A stretch of 64,000 bases of DNA. It comes from Pseudomonadota bacterium (GTDB lineage: Bacteria > Desulfobacterota > Desulfobacteria > Desulfobacterales > RPRI01). The notes under the pieces are model-generated. The model had not been told where the DNA came from, made no database searches, and saw only the letters and a program-made list of their open reading frames with translations. This document shows positions 1 through 8,414 of the stretch, piece by piece (positions within the stretch are counted from its first letter, which is position 1; every line of letters starts with the position of its first letter). Position numbers and translations under genes: made by a program. The stretch is taken from positions 1 through 64,000 of the forward strand of contig JBDRRF010000110.1 in assembly GCA_043825875.1 (NCBI GenBank). Reading direction: 5' to 3'.

Positions 1-140
1 GCCAGTTTCAAAACGCCCCATTTTGGCCGATCTCTGCGTTGGGCTCAAATTTCAATCCTCGAAATACTCAATGTATTCCTGCGGTTGAAATTTTCTCCCG
101 CCTTGAGCTTGACCAAACTGAAACGTTTTGAAAGTGGCTC
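1..140 (-). mobile_element. MITE-like repeat, copy 1 (cut by window edge)
   Basis: Reverse complement is near-identical to 5129-5292 and 57479-57620; imperfect terminal inverted repeats GAGCCA(C/G)TTTCAAAACG. Confidence 0.85.
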
Positions 141-156
141 AGTGGTTTCTTTTTTC

Positions 157-203
157 TTGACAGATTTTAAACCGGTTTGTTATATGAATGGGCGTTCATT
201 CAT
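157..203 (+). promoter_or_regulatory. Sigma70-like promoter with a 20-bp palindromic operator (TetR/FadR-like)
   Basis: TTGACA at 157-162, AT-rich -10 region near 180-186, ATGAATG-GGCGTT-CATTCAT at 184-203. Confidence 0.55.
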
Positions 204-288
204 TTTTATAAATATTGTTAATGTGTTGTCCGTCTTCAGCCATATTGGCTATTACCGGACGATTTATATAAGATAGAAGGGAGTATAT

Positions 289-2355
289 ATGGATGCAATA
301 TTAACTTCCCCGGCCAATGCTTCGATTCACGGTATACCGGCGGTTGTTCTTTCTGTTTTGATTGTACTTGTCGGTTTGGGGGTTCTTGCGTTTATAGTAA
401 ACAAGCGGCTTGTTCCGCTTAAAAAAGCCGCTTTCGATTCTCGTAAGGATAATGTAAAGCAGCGGCTGTTAAACGCATTTGAGATTCCTCATCATAGAAT
501 GCCGCGATATTTCTTATCAAGCGTTATTCATATAACTTTTTTGACCGGATTCATCATAATTGCATTAAGATGGATTATACTTATTCTGATCGGGTTCTCA
601 GATACCTTTGCTTCCCCTGGATTGGGGGGAATTGTTGGCGTAGGGTATGGAATGCTCAAAGATGTTTCCGCAACTTTGGTTTTTTGTGTTTGCGTTTTTG
701 CAATGCTGCGCAGAATTTATTTGCCAAAACGCTACCAGGTTCCGGCTCGCTTTGGTGAGGATAAATCAAATGAAACCTTGCTCATGCTGTTTTTGATTGC
801 TGTTTTAATGGCTGCGGATATGTTTTTTGAAGCAAGCCTGGCCTCAGCCTATTTTCAGGAAGGAATGGAATTTGCCAAGGTATTAATTCCAGGAACGGGA
901 GTCTGGGTTGCCTCAAATATTTTAAGCCAAACTCCGATAGAAAAATTACAATCAATTTATCTTAGCTCTTATTATATCCACATGCTTGCATTTTTTCTTT
1001 TTTTCTGCATGATTCCATCCAACAGGTTTTTTCACATTTTGACATCTCTTCCCAATCTTTTTTCGATGAAACTCACAAAAGGTGCTATAAAACCTGTGAA
1101 ATGGGGAGTTGACGATGATAAGCTTGAAGAACTTGAATCCTTTGGTGTGAAAAAATTTGAAGATTTTACATGGAAGCATATGCTTGACTTTTATTCTTGC
1201 GCTGATTGCGGAAGGTGTTCGGACAACTGTCCTGCAAATGCCGTAGGCCGTCCTCTTTCCCCAAGATTTATCTCCATAAAAGCACGCGAATATATGTTTA
1301 AGAAATATCCGATTTTAGGAGAAGCGCAAAATACTGACGAGCCCCTTATCGGGAATATTTACAGTGAAGATGAAATCTGGTCATGTACAACATGCGGCGC
1401 CTGCGAGCAGGAATGCCCTCTGATGATCGAGTATATTGATAAGATTGTTGATCTAAGACGCGGAATGGTTGACGAAGGCATGGTTCCGCAATCTATCCAA
1501 AAACCATTGAGTGCCCTTGAAAAGCGCGGCAATCCATGGGGCAAAATGGAGAAAAAGCGCGCTGACTGGACCAAGGTTCTTGAAAAGGAAAATGGCATCA
1601 AGGTCAATCTTATAGAAAAAGGAGATCCTGCCGATACGCTTTATTTTGTTGACAGTATAACATCATATGATGACAGAATGCAGGATATAGCAAGAGCTAC
1701 GGCAAAAATACTTACCGCAGCCGGAATAAATTTCGGGATACTCGGATCTTTGGAAAAAGACAGCGGCAATGAAGTCAGACGTTTTGGGGAAGAAATGCTT
1801 TTCCAGGATTTGAAAAGCAATAACATTGAAGAGATAAAAAATTCGGAAGTTAAAAACATAATTACCGCCGATCCGCATGCTTATAATGCTTTAAAAAATG
1901 AATACAATGACATTCCGCCAATTGAGCATATCAGCCAGACTATAGTAAAAAGTGTAAAGGCTGGGAATATAAAACTAAAGAGCGTAGAAGATACAAGCAA
2001 GGTATATACTTACCATGATCCTTGTTACCTTGGAAGGCATAATGAAGTTTATGATGACCCCCGCGAAGCTATAGATGCTATTCCGGGAATCAAAAGGGTA
2101 GATATGGAAAAATGCAGAGACCGTTCATTTTGTTGTGGCGGTGGCGGTTTAATGCTTTTCTACGAACCTGAAGAAGAACAAAGAATGAGTGTATTAAGAG
2201 TTGAAATGGCCAACCAGGCAGGAGCAAATGTCATTATTACCGCCTGTCCTTTCTGCCTTGTAAATATGGAAGATGCGATCAAGGTTTGCGGAATGGAAGG
2301 TAAAATAGAAGCTATTGATCTTGTGGAACTGATTGAAAAACACATTGCTGCGTAA
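289..2355 (+). CDS. Membrane-bound Fe-S oxidoreductase (FadF/HdrD-like; probable ETF:quinone oxidoreductase)
   Basis: N-terminal TM helices, two CxxCxxCxxxCP motifs, C-terminal CCG domain (YHDPC, CCGGGG, ACPFC); directly upstream of etfBA. Confidence 0.85.
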   Translation: MDAILTSPANASIHGIPAVVLSVLIVLVGLGVLAFIVNKRLVPLKKAAFDSRKDNVKQRLLNAFEIPHHRMPRYFLSSVIHITFLTGFIIIALRWIILILIGFSDTFASPGLGGIVGVGYGMLKDVSATLVFCVCVFAMLRRIYLPKRYQVPARFGEDKSNETLLMLFLIAVLMAADMFFEASLASAYFQEGMEFAKVLIPGTGVWVASNILSQTPIEKLQSIYLSSYYIHMLAFFLFFCMIPSNRFFHILTSLPNLFSMKLTKGAIKPVKWGVDDDKLEELESFGVKKFEDFTWKHMLDFYSCADCGRCSDNCPANAVGRPLSPRFISIKAREYMFKKYPILGEAQNTDEPLIGNIYSEDEIWSCTTCGACEQECPLMIEYIDKIVDLRRGMVDEGMVPQSIQKPLSALEKRGNPWGKMEKKRADWTKVLEKENGIKVNLIEKGDPADTLYFVDSITSYDDRMQDIARATAKILTAAGINFGILGSLEKDSGNEVRRFGEEMLFQDLKSNNIEEIKNSEVKNIITADPHAYNALKNEYNDIPPIEHISQTIVKSVKAGNIKLKSVEDTSKVYTYHDPCYLGRHNEVYDDPREAIDAIPGIKRVDMEKCRDRSFCCGGGGLMLFYEPEEEQRMSVLRVEMANQAGANVIITACPFCLVNMEDAIKVCGMEGKIEAIDLVELIEKHIAA

Positions 2356-2390
2356 TGATATAATTGAAATAAAATAATATGGAGGATTAA

Positions 2391-3182
2391 ATGGATATTT
2401 TAGTTTGTATTAAAAGAGTTCCAGATACCGCTGAAAATGAAATCAGCGTAAACGATTCCGGTTCGGATATTGAACGTGATGATCTTGTGTATTCGGTAAA
2501 TGAATGGGATAACTATGCCGTTGAAGAGGCTATTCAAATTAAAGACAATGTTGGAGGAAGCGTTACGGTTGTTTCGGTTGGCGATTCCGACTCTGAAGAA
2601 GTATTAAGAAGAGAAATGGCTATGGGTGCCGATAATGGAATACTTCTTTCAGATGCAGCTTTTGAAGGATCTGACGGGAAAGGCATTGCTTCAATCTTAA
2701 AAGCCGAAATCGAAAAAGGCAAATACGACCTAATACTCACAGGAGCTCAGGCTGACGATGGAGCCGGTCAGGTAGGCGGAATGCTTGCCGCGATGCTTGA
2801 TCTGCCTTTTGCTTCTCTTGTTAACCTTATAGAAGCATCCGATGATAAAAAAATCAAGATAGGGAGAGAAATCGCAGGCGGCCAGCAGGAGATAAGCGAG
2901 ATGGATCTTCCATGTGTTCTTTCAATTCAGACCGGTATTAATGAGCCCCGCTATGTTGGTATCCGTGGAATCAGAAAGGTTGCATCAGTCGAAATCCCGG
3001 TTAAAGGCGCATCTGATCTTGGTTTAAATCAGGATTCTGTCGGTACTGCGGCAGCCAAGGTTTCCCGTGTGGACTATTTCACACCTGTTCTTGGAGCCGG
3101 AGCTGAAATCCTTGAGGGAAGTATGGATGAAAAGGTTGATAAACTTATTGAACTATTGAAATCCAAAGGAGGTATAAAATAA
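2391..3182 (+). CDS. etfB: Electron transfer flavoprotein beta subunit
   Basis: MDILVCIKRVPD start; AMGAD, G-QA-D and INEPRY motifs. Confidence 0.95.
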   Translation: MDILVCIKRVPDTAENEISVNDSGSDIERDDLVYSVNEWDNYAVEEAIQIKDNVGGSVTVVSVGDSDSEEVLRREMAMGADNGILLSDAAFEGSDGKGIASILKAEIEKGKYDLILTGAQADDGAGQVGGMLAAMLDLPFASLVNLIEASDDKKIKIGREIAGGQQEISEMDLPCVLSIQTGINEPRYVGIRGIRKVASVEIPVKGASDLGLNQDSVGTAAAKVSRVDYFTPVLGAGAEILEGSMDEKVDKLIELLKSKGGIK

Positions 3183-4153
3183 TGGCCCTTCAGATTTTTG
3201 CATATATATCACATAAAGACGGAGCTGTTGACGACACGGCAGCTGAAATGGTTGCGGCAGCCAAAAAAATTGATCCTTCTGCTTCTTTGACTGCAATTGT
3301 GGTGGGCAGTAATATAGACTCCGTATGTAATAGCTTGACAGCTTCATATAAAGAAGTTTGGAAAATAGAAAATGATGCGCTCACATATCCTAATTCGGAA
3401 GTAATTCGCGCTTTACTTGCCAAGGTTATACCCAAAGGAAATATCGTTATTGTGGCGCATGACCATTTTGGTATGGATTTATCCCCTGGCTTATCCATAA
3501 AACTGGATGGTGCTTACCTTCCTGATGCAATTGACTTTGAAGGCAATGATAGTGGAAAACTCAAAGCCGTTCGTCAGGAATTCAGCGGTCAGGTTAGCAC
3601 ACATGTGCTTTGCGATATTTCAGGTGGAGCAGTTATTACAATTCGTCCGGGTTCTTTTGCTCCGGTTGAAGGTGGTGCAGAAGGCGGATCGGTTGTTGAT
3701 AAGGCAGCAGATGCAGGCGAGATACCGGCACAAAAAAGGCGTTTTATAGAAGTTATTGAAGCCGAAGTCGGAGACGTTGATATTACAAAATCCGAAATTC
3801 TTGTTTCTATCGGACGCGGAATCGGAGATGAGGATAATCTTGAAATGATCAATGAACTTGCAGAAGCTATGGGTGGTGATGTTTCATGTTCACGTCCGAT
3901 CATTGATGCCAAGTGGCTTGAAAAGGGCCGCCAGGTAGGAACTTCGGGCAAGACCGTTAAACCCAAAGTTTATATGGCTCTTGGTATAAGCGGATCTTTC
4001 CAGCATCTTGGCGGAATAAAGGGTTCTCCCTTTATGGTTGCGATTAACAAGAACCCGAATGCTCCGATCTTTCAGATAGCAGATATCGGTATAGTTGAAG
4101 ATTTACTGGACTTTGTACCGGAACTGACAGAAAAGATAAAAGAAGCAAAGTAA
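3182..4153 (+). CDS. etfA: Electron transfer flavoprotein alpha subunit
   Basis: SIGRG, SRP, QVGTSGKTVKP, GISGSFQH, AINK-PNAPIF motifs. Confidence 0.95.
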   Translation: MALQIFAYISHKDGAVDDTAAEMVAAAKKIDPSASLTAIVVGSNIDSVCNSLTASYKEVWKIENDALTYPNSEVIRALLAKVIPKGNIVIVAHDHFGMDLSPGLSIKLDGAYLPDAIDFEGNDSGKLKAVRQEFSGQVSTHVLCDISGGAVITIRPGSFAPVEGGAEGGSVVDKAADAGEIPAQKRRFIEVIEAEVGDVDITKSEILVSIGRGIGDEDNLEMINELAEAMGGDVSCSRPIIDAKWLEKGRQVGTSGKTVKPKVYMALGISGSFQHLGGIKGSPFMVAINKNPNAPIFQIADIGIVEDLLDFVPELTEKIKEAK

Positions 4154-4182
4154 TAATTAACAGTAACATATAAGACATTTTC

Positions 4183-4210
4183 AGCCGGTTACCTTGCAAG
4201 GTTACCGGCT
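4183..4210 (+). terminator. Hairpin after etfA (possible terminator)
   Basis: AGCCGGTTACCTTGCAAGGTTACCGGCT near-perfect palindrome; only a weak T-tract follows. Confidence 0.45.
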
Positions 4211-4233
4211 GTATTATTCTTATCGGAGTTAAC

Positions 4234-5127
4234 ATGAGAATCGTAACACGGCCTGATTTTGACGGAATAGTATGTGCTGTACTTCTGTATGAAAAGGAGA
4301 AAATCACAGAGCCCGTTAAATGGGTTGAGCCGCACGAAATTCAGCATGGTATGATAGAAATAAAGGAAGGAGATATAATGGCCAATCTTCCTTATGACAA
4401 TCGATGCTCCATGTGGTTTGATCATCATTATTCAAATACGATTGAAAAGCCGTTTTCAGGTTCATTTGCGATAGCTCCTTCTGCGGCAGGAGTGGTTTTT
4501 TCATATTATGAAGGTAAATTCAAAAAAGATTATACAGAACTTGTAAGAGAAACTGATAAAATCGATTCTGCTCAATTATCAATTGATGAGGTTTTACATC
4601 CGGAAAAATATCCTTATATCCTTCTTTCCATGACAATATCAAACCGGGAATTATCGGATGAATCTTACTGGAACAGCCTGGTACAGATATTAAGAAATCT
4701 TGATATTAATAGTGTAATGGCCGATGCTGATGTAAAAAAAAGGTGTGAAAAAGTAATTGAAAACAATAAAGCTTATAAAACGGTATTGCTTCAAAACACT
4801 GTACTTAAAAAACATGTTACCATAACCGATTTGCGTTCATTTGACGATGCACCTGAGGGAAACCGCTTTCTTGTCTATTCTCTATTTCCCGATGCTAACG
4901 TAAGCGTTAAAATACGATATAATGATAGTAAAAAAGATAAAATGGCAGTAAGCGTCGGACATAATATATTTAATACGACTTGCAAAGTAAATGCCGGCAA
5001 AATGCTTAAAAAATTCGGCGGTGGCGGTCACAGCGGCGCAGGTGCATGCAGATTTCCTTCAGAAAAAGCCGATGAATATATTCCGGAAATTATTTCTATC
5101 CTTTTACGAAATGAAGCCAATGACTAA
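4234..5127 (+). CDS. DHH-family phosphoesterase (exopolyphosphatase/nanoRNase-like)
   Basis: RPDFDG, FDHH and GGGGH motifs. Confidence 0.8.
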   Translation: MRIVTRPDFDGIVCAVLLYEKEKITEPVKWVEPHEIQHGMIEIKEGDIMANLPYDNRCSMWFDHHYSNTIEKPFSGSFAIAPSAAGVVFSYYEGKFKKDYTELVRETDKIDSAQLSIDEVLHPEKYPYILLSMTISNRELSDESYWNSLVQILRNLDINSVMADADVKKRCEKVIENNKAYKTVLLQNTVLKKHVTITDLRSFDDAPEGNRFLVYSLFPDANVSVKIRYNDSKKDKMAVSVGHNIFNTTCKVNAGKMLKKFGGGGHSGAGACRFPSEKADEYIPEIISILLRNEAND

Positions 5128-5128
5128 G

Positions 5129-5292
5129 GAGCCACTTTCAAAACGTTTCAGTTTGGTCAAGCTCAAGGCGGGCGAAAATTTCAACCACAGGAATACATTT
5201 AGTATTTCGAGGATAGCGCTAAAGCTTCACTTCGTGCGAAATTTGAGCCCAACGCAGAGATCGGCCAAAATGGGGCGTTTTGAAACTGGCTC
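5129..5292 (+). mobile_element. MITE-like repeat, copy 2, with a 22-bp internal insertion
   Basis: GAGCCACTTTCAAAACG...CGTTTTGAAACTGGCTC, flanked on both sides by TAAG (5125-5128, 5293-5296), a candidate target-site duplication. Confidence 0.85.
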
Positions 5293-5322
5293 TAAGTGCA
5301 TAATTTGCAGGAACCATAATAT

Positions 5323-6138
5323 ATGTATTTAACTCTTCCGGAATTTTACAAAAATAAATATCCTTTTAAAATCGGTACCACATCTTACATATATCCTGAT
5401 CATATGATCCCCAATGTTAAAATGCTTGCCCCCTTTTTAGATGAAATAGAACTTCTCTTTTTTGAAAGCAGACCGCCAGGTAGTATTCCTGCAAAAAATG
5501 AAATAGAAGCACTGCATGAAATTTCAAAAGAACATGGCACAACATATAATATTCACCTTCCAACAGATATATTCCCAGGCAGCAGCAATTATAACGAAAG
5601 GCTTCGCTTTGTTCATACAATTGTCAATATTATTGACCTTACCAAAATATTATCGCCATCCACCTATACTTTGCATCTTTCATATCCTTATGATCTTGAT
5701 AAAACCAAATGCGATCAGATATGGCTTAACAATATCTATTACAGTATGACAAAACTAATGGAGTCAGGAGTAAATAGTAAAACAATATCAATAGAAACTC
5801 TTGAATATCCTTTTGAGTGGATTGCTGGTGTTATATCGGACTTTAATTTATCCGTTTGTATTGATGCCGGACATTTACTGAAATACGGCTATGATACGAA
5901 AAGAGTATTTGATAATTATCTTGATATTACTACCATAATACATTTACATGGTGTTAAAAACGGCCGTGATCATCAATCACTCGACAAACTCTCATACGAA
6001 CAAGCCAAAACTCTTATAAACCTTATGCACGGATTTACCGGAACCCTATCCATAGAAGTATTTTCTTTTGACAATCTCTTACCATCATTGCAGTATTTTA
6101 AAAACTGTTATCAATCTTTCAGACAAACAGATTCTTGA
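5323..6138 (+). CDS. cbiR: AP-endonuclease-2/xylose-isomerase-like TIM barrel; probable cobamide-remodelling phosphodiesterase
   Basis: GTTSYIYP start; ELLFFES, HLP, IETL, CIDAGH, HLHG, DH and IEVF metal-binding motifs. Confidence 0.65.
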   Translation: MYLTLPEFYKNKYPFKIGTTSYIYPDHMIPNVKMLAPFLDEIELLFFESRPPGSIPAKNEIEALHEISKEHGTTYNIHLPTDIFPGSSNYNERLRFVHTIVNIIDLTKILSPSTYTLHLSYPYDLDKTKCDQIWLNNIYYSMTKLMESGVNSKTISIETLEYPFEWIAGVISDFNLSVCIDAGHLLKYGYDTKRVFDNYLDITTIIHLHGVKNGRDHQSLDKLSYEQAKTLINLMHGFTGTLSIEVFSFDNLLPSLQYFKNCYQSFRQTDS

Positions 6139-6361
6139 TTATAGGTTTTTCATTAATTGCTTCATGAAAGTAGAATACCGAATATTTTCATAAAACTAAT
6201 AGATTTCAAATGCAAATCATGATAACAGATTACCGAAGATAAAAAGTTGGTTAGTAAACCCTATATCGTGTAGCCTTAGCCTTGTAACTCATAGTGATAT
6301 CAATTCATACGATGAATTTCTAATAAAGTGGAAGACTGTTTTTTCGTAATAGGAGTAATAA

Positions 6362-6601
6362 ATGGCCCACAAACTTTCCTTATCCTGGCTTGAAAACTTC
6401 CTCGAAGAAGCATGCGAATCGCTCCGTGGCAACATGGATACATCTGAATTTAAAGAGTATGTCATTGCCATGCTCTTCTTAAAGCGTCAGATGAAAGAAT
6501 CTTTTTATAAACACCATCAACTCAAAAAAGCCCTCATGACCGTCCTTCTAACGGGCAAGGTCCGGGTGAAGTATGAAGAAGTAAAAACGGAGGCAATGTA
6601 A
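6362..6601 (+). pseudogene. Fused remnant of type I R-M HsdM N-terminus and HsdS C-terminus
   Basis: [33 protein letters not shown] (HsdM N-terminal) joined to [16 protein letters not shown] (HsdS C-terminal). Confidence 0.75.
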
Positions 6602-7626
6602 TGGCAAAAAAGAAAACCGGCTACATTCCACCTTTTACAATAACATCGGAAACCGTTCGCCTCGTTTCAGAAATAAGCGAAACATTGGGCCGTTTTTCAT
6701 CTTCTAACCTGGCTGATATGACTCCAATGCTCAGGCGCGGAAATCGTTTGCGGACTATTCAGGCATCGCTGGCCATTGAAAATAATACACTAACCCTTGA
6801 ACAGGTAACTGCCATCTTTAACGGCAAGAGAGTGCTTGGAAGTCCCCGCGAGATACAGGAGGTCAAAAATGCCTTTGCTACTTATGAAATGTTCGAAAAA
6901 TTAAATCCGTTATCCGAGAAAGATTTATTAAAAGCTCATAAAATCCTGATGTCTGCTCTGGTCGATGAAGAAGGCAGCTACCGTTCCGGCGGGGTCGGAA
7001 TAGTTAAAGGGAAAGAAATTGTCCATTTAGCTCCGCCCGCAGTTCGTGTTCCTGCATTAGTGCGGGATTTGTTCGCCTGGCTTAAAGGTGCCGATGCTCA
7101 CCCTCTAATCGCAAGTTCTGTATTCCATTACGAGTTTGAATTTATTCATCCTTTTGCCGACGGTAACGGCAGAATGGGGCGCTTATGGCAAACACTCATC
7201 TTAAGTCGATGGAAACCAGTCCTGGCATTTCTTCCGGTGGAAACTGTCATTTGTAATAGGCAGGATGAGTATTACAAAGTACTGGCAGCATCAGACCAGC
7301 TTGCTGATTCCACTGCATTTGTTGAGTTTATGCTGGCCGCAATAAAAGAAGCTCTTTATGAGGCTATCGAAACCGACCAAGTTAGCGACCAAGTTAGCGA
7401 CCAAGTTAAAAAAATATTGCAAATTTTAATCAAGGGTTCTCTTTCTGCATCAGACCTAATGAAAGCGCTCAATTTGTCCCATCGGCCAACCTTTAGAAAA
7501 AATTATCTCCATCCGGCGATTAATAAAGGATTTATCGAAATGACTATACCTGATAAACCCAATAGCCGTATACAGCAATACAGAATAACATCCAAAGGTA
7601 TTTCAGCCATCAAGGAGCAAAAATAA
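6601..7626 (+). CDS. Fic-family protein with C-terminal HTH
   Basis: HPFADGNGRMGR Fic motif; SLAIENN inhibitory motif; DQVS linker repeats. Confidence 0.9.
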   Translation: MAKKKTGYIPPFTITSETVRLVSEISETLGRFSSSNLADMTPMLRRGNRLRTIQASLAIENNTLTLEQVTAIFNGKRVLGSPREIQEVKNAFATYEMFEKLNPLSEKDLLKAHKILMSALVDEEGSYRSGGVGIVKGKEIVHLAPPAVRVPALVRDLFAWLKGADAHPLIASSVFHYEFEFIHPFADGNGRMGRLWQTLILSRWKPVLAFLPVETVICNRQDEYYKVLAASDQLADSTAFVEFMLAAIKEALYEAIETDQVSDQVSDQVKKILQILIKGSLSASDLMKALNLSHRPTFRKNYLHPAINKGFIEMTIPDKPNSRIQQYRITSKGISAIKEQK

Positions 7627-7840
7627 TGTCCGAATACACCAATGTTGAACGCCCTTTTATCGACAAACTCCGTCAAGTCGGCTGGGAAGTCATCGACCAA
7701 GGCACAGGCTTTATCCCCCAGGACCCGGCTGTAAACAGAGGCGTGAGCATTTCAAGGAAACTATTCTTACCAAAGAGTTCTGCAATTCGCTAAAGCGCAT
7801 CAATCTTCCCAATAACGGCAGCTCCTGGCTGACCGAAGGT
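7626..7840 (+). pseudogene. hsdR: Type I R-M HsdR N-terminal fragment
   Basis: MSEYTNVERPFIDKLRQVGWEVIDQG, frameshift, FKETIL..SLKRIN..WLTE, then truncated. Confidence 0.65.
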
Positions 7841-8309
7841 ATTGATGAGACGTATTAAGCTATTAAACTTGAATCAAAAACAGATTTGACCATATTTTCT
7901 TACTGGTTGTCTTTACACTAAAATAGCGGGTGGCCTTTTACTTTCCAATATAGGTCGAGTTATTAAATGCTTATAAGTGACATATTTTTCATTGATAGCT
8001 TCCTGTTAGTGATAATTTGTTATATCCAGTTTGATTGCAACCTTTCAAATGGAAGTCAATGACGATCATCTTTATCGGGACCCTGACTAATCCCGGGATT
8101 ACATCCAGTCATAACGCTTAGTGAATTTGAGGTATACAGGGTAGGTCGCCGCCATTACTTTTTTTGTGAGGATTGCTTAATTGTTATTGTACCGTATTTT
8201 AATCGTAGTATGTTAAACGGAAACTGGATAACACAACAAAAGAGATATTAGCTGAGACAAACAGTCTTATGAGAACAGATGGTTACGTTAAGTTGTATTT
8301 TATGTCTTC

Positions 8310-8367
8310 TTGATTGGCCTGAAACTTCTTGATATTATCCATAAAACTACATAATGATATGTTAGAT
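8310..8367 (+). promoter_or_regulatory. Candidate cassette promoter plus attI-like simple site
   Basis: TTGATT-N17-TATTAT (8310-8338), then ACATAAT-GATAT-GTTAGAT (8349-8367): degenerate L box, 5-bp spacer, GTTRRRY core. Confidence 0.5.
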
Positions 8368-8414
8368 AATTTACCTTTAGCACTATCGACCTGTAATATA
8401 ATAAAAGGAGTGTC

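Noticed and set aside
4991..5332. 113-aa ORF, and similar ORFs at 85-276, 18026-18232 and 57399-57780
   Set aside because: Spurious frames running through MITE copies
7374..7408. 12-bp tandem repeat CGACCAAGTTAG
   Set aside because: Encodes the DQVS linker commonly seen in Fic-HTH proteins; in frame
7860..8300. Possible intI remnant upstream of the attI-like site
   Set aside because: No ORF or tyrosine-recombinase motif recognisable by eye on either strand; needs tblastn
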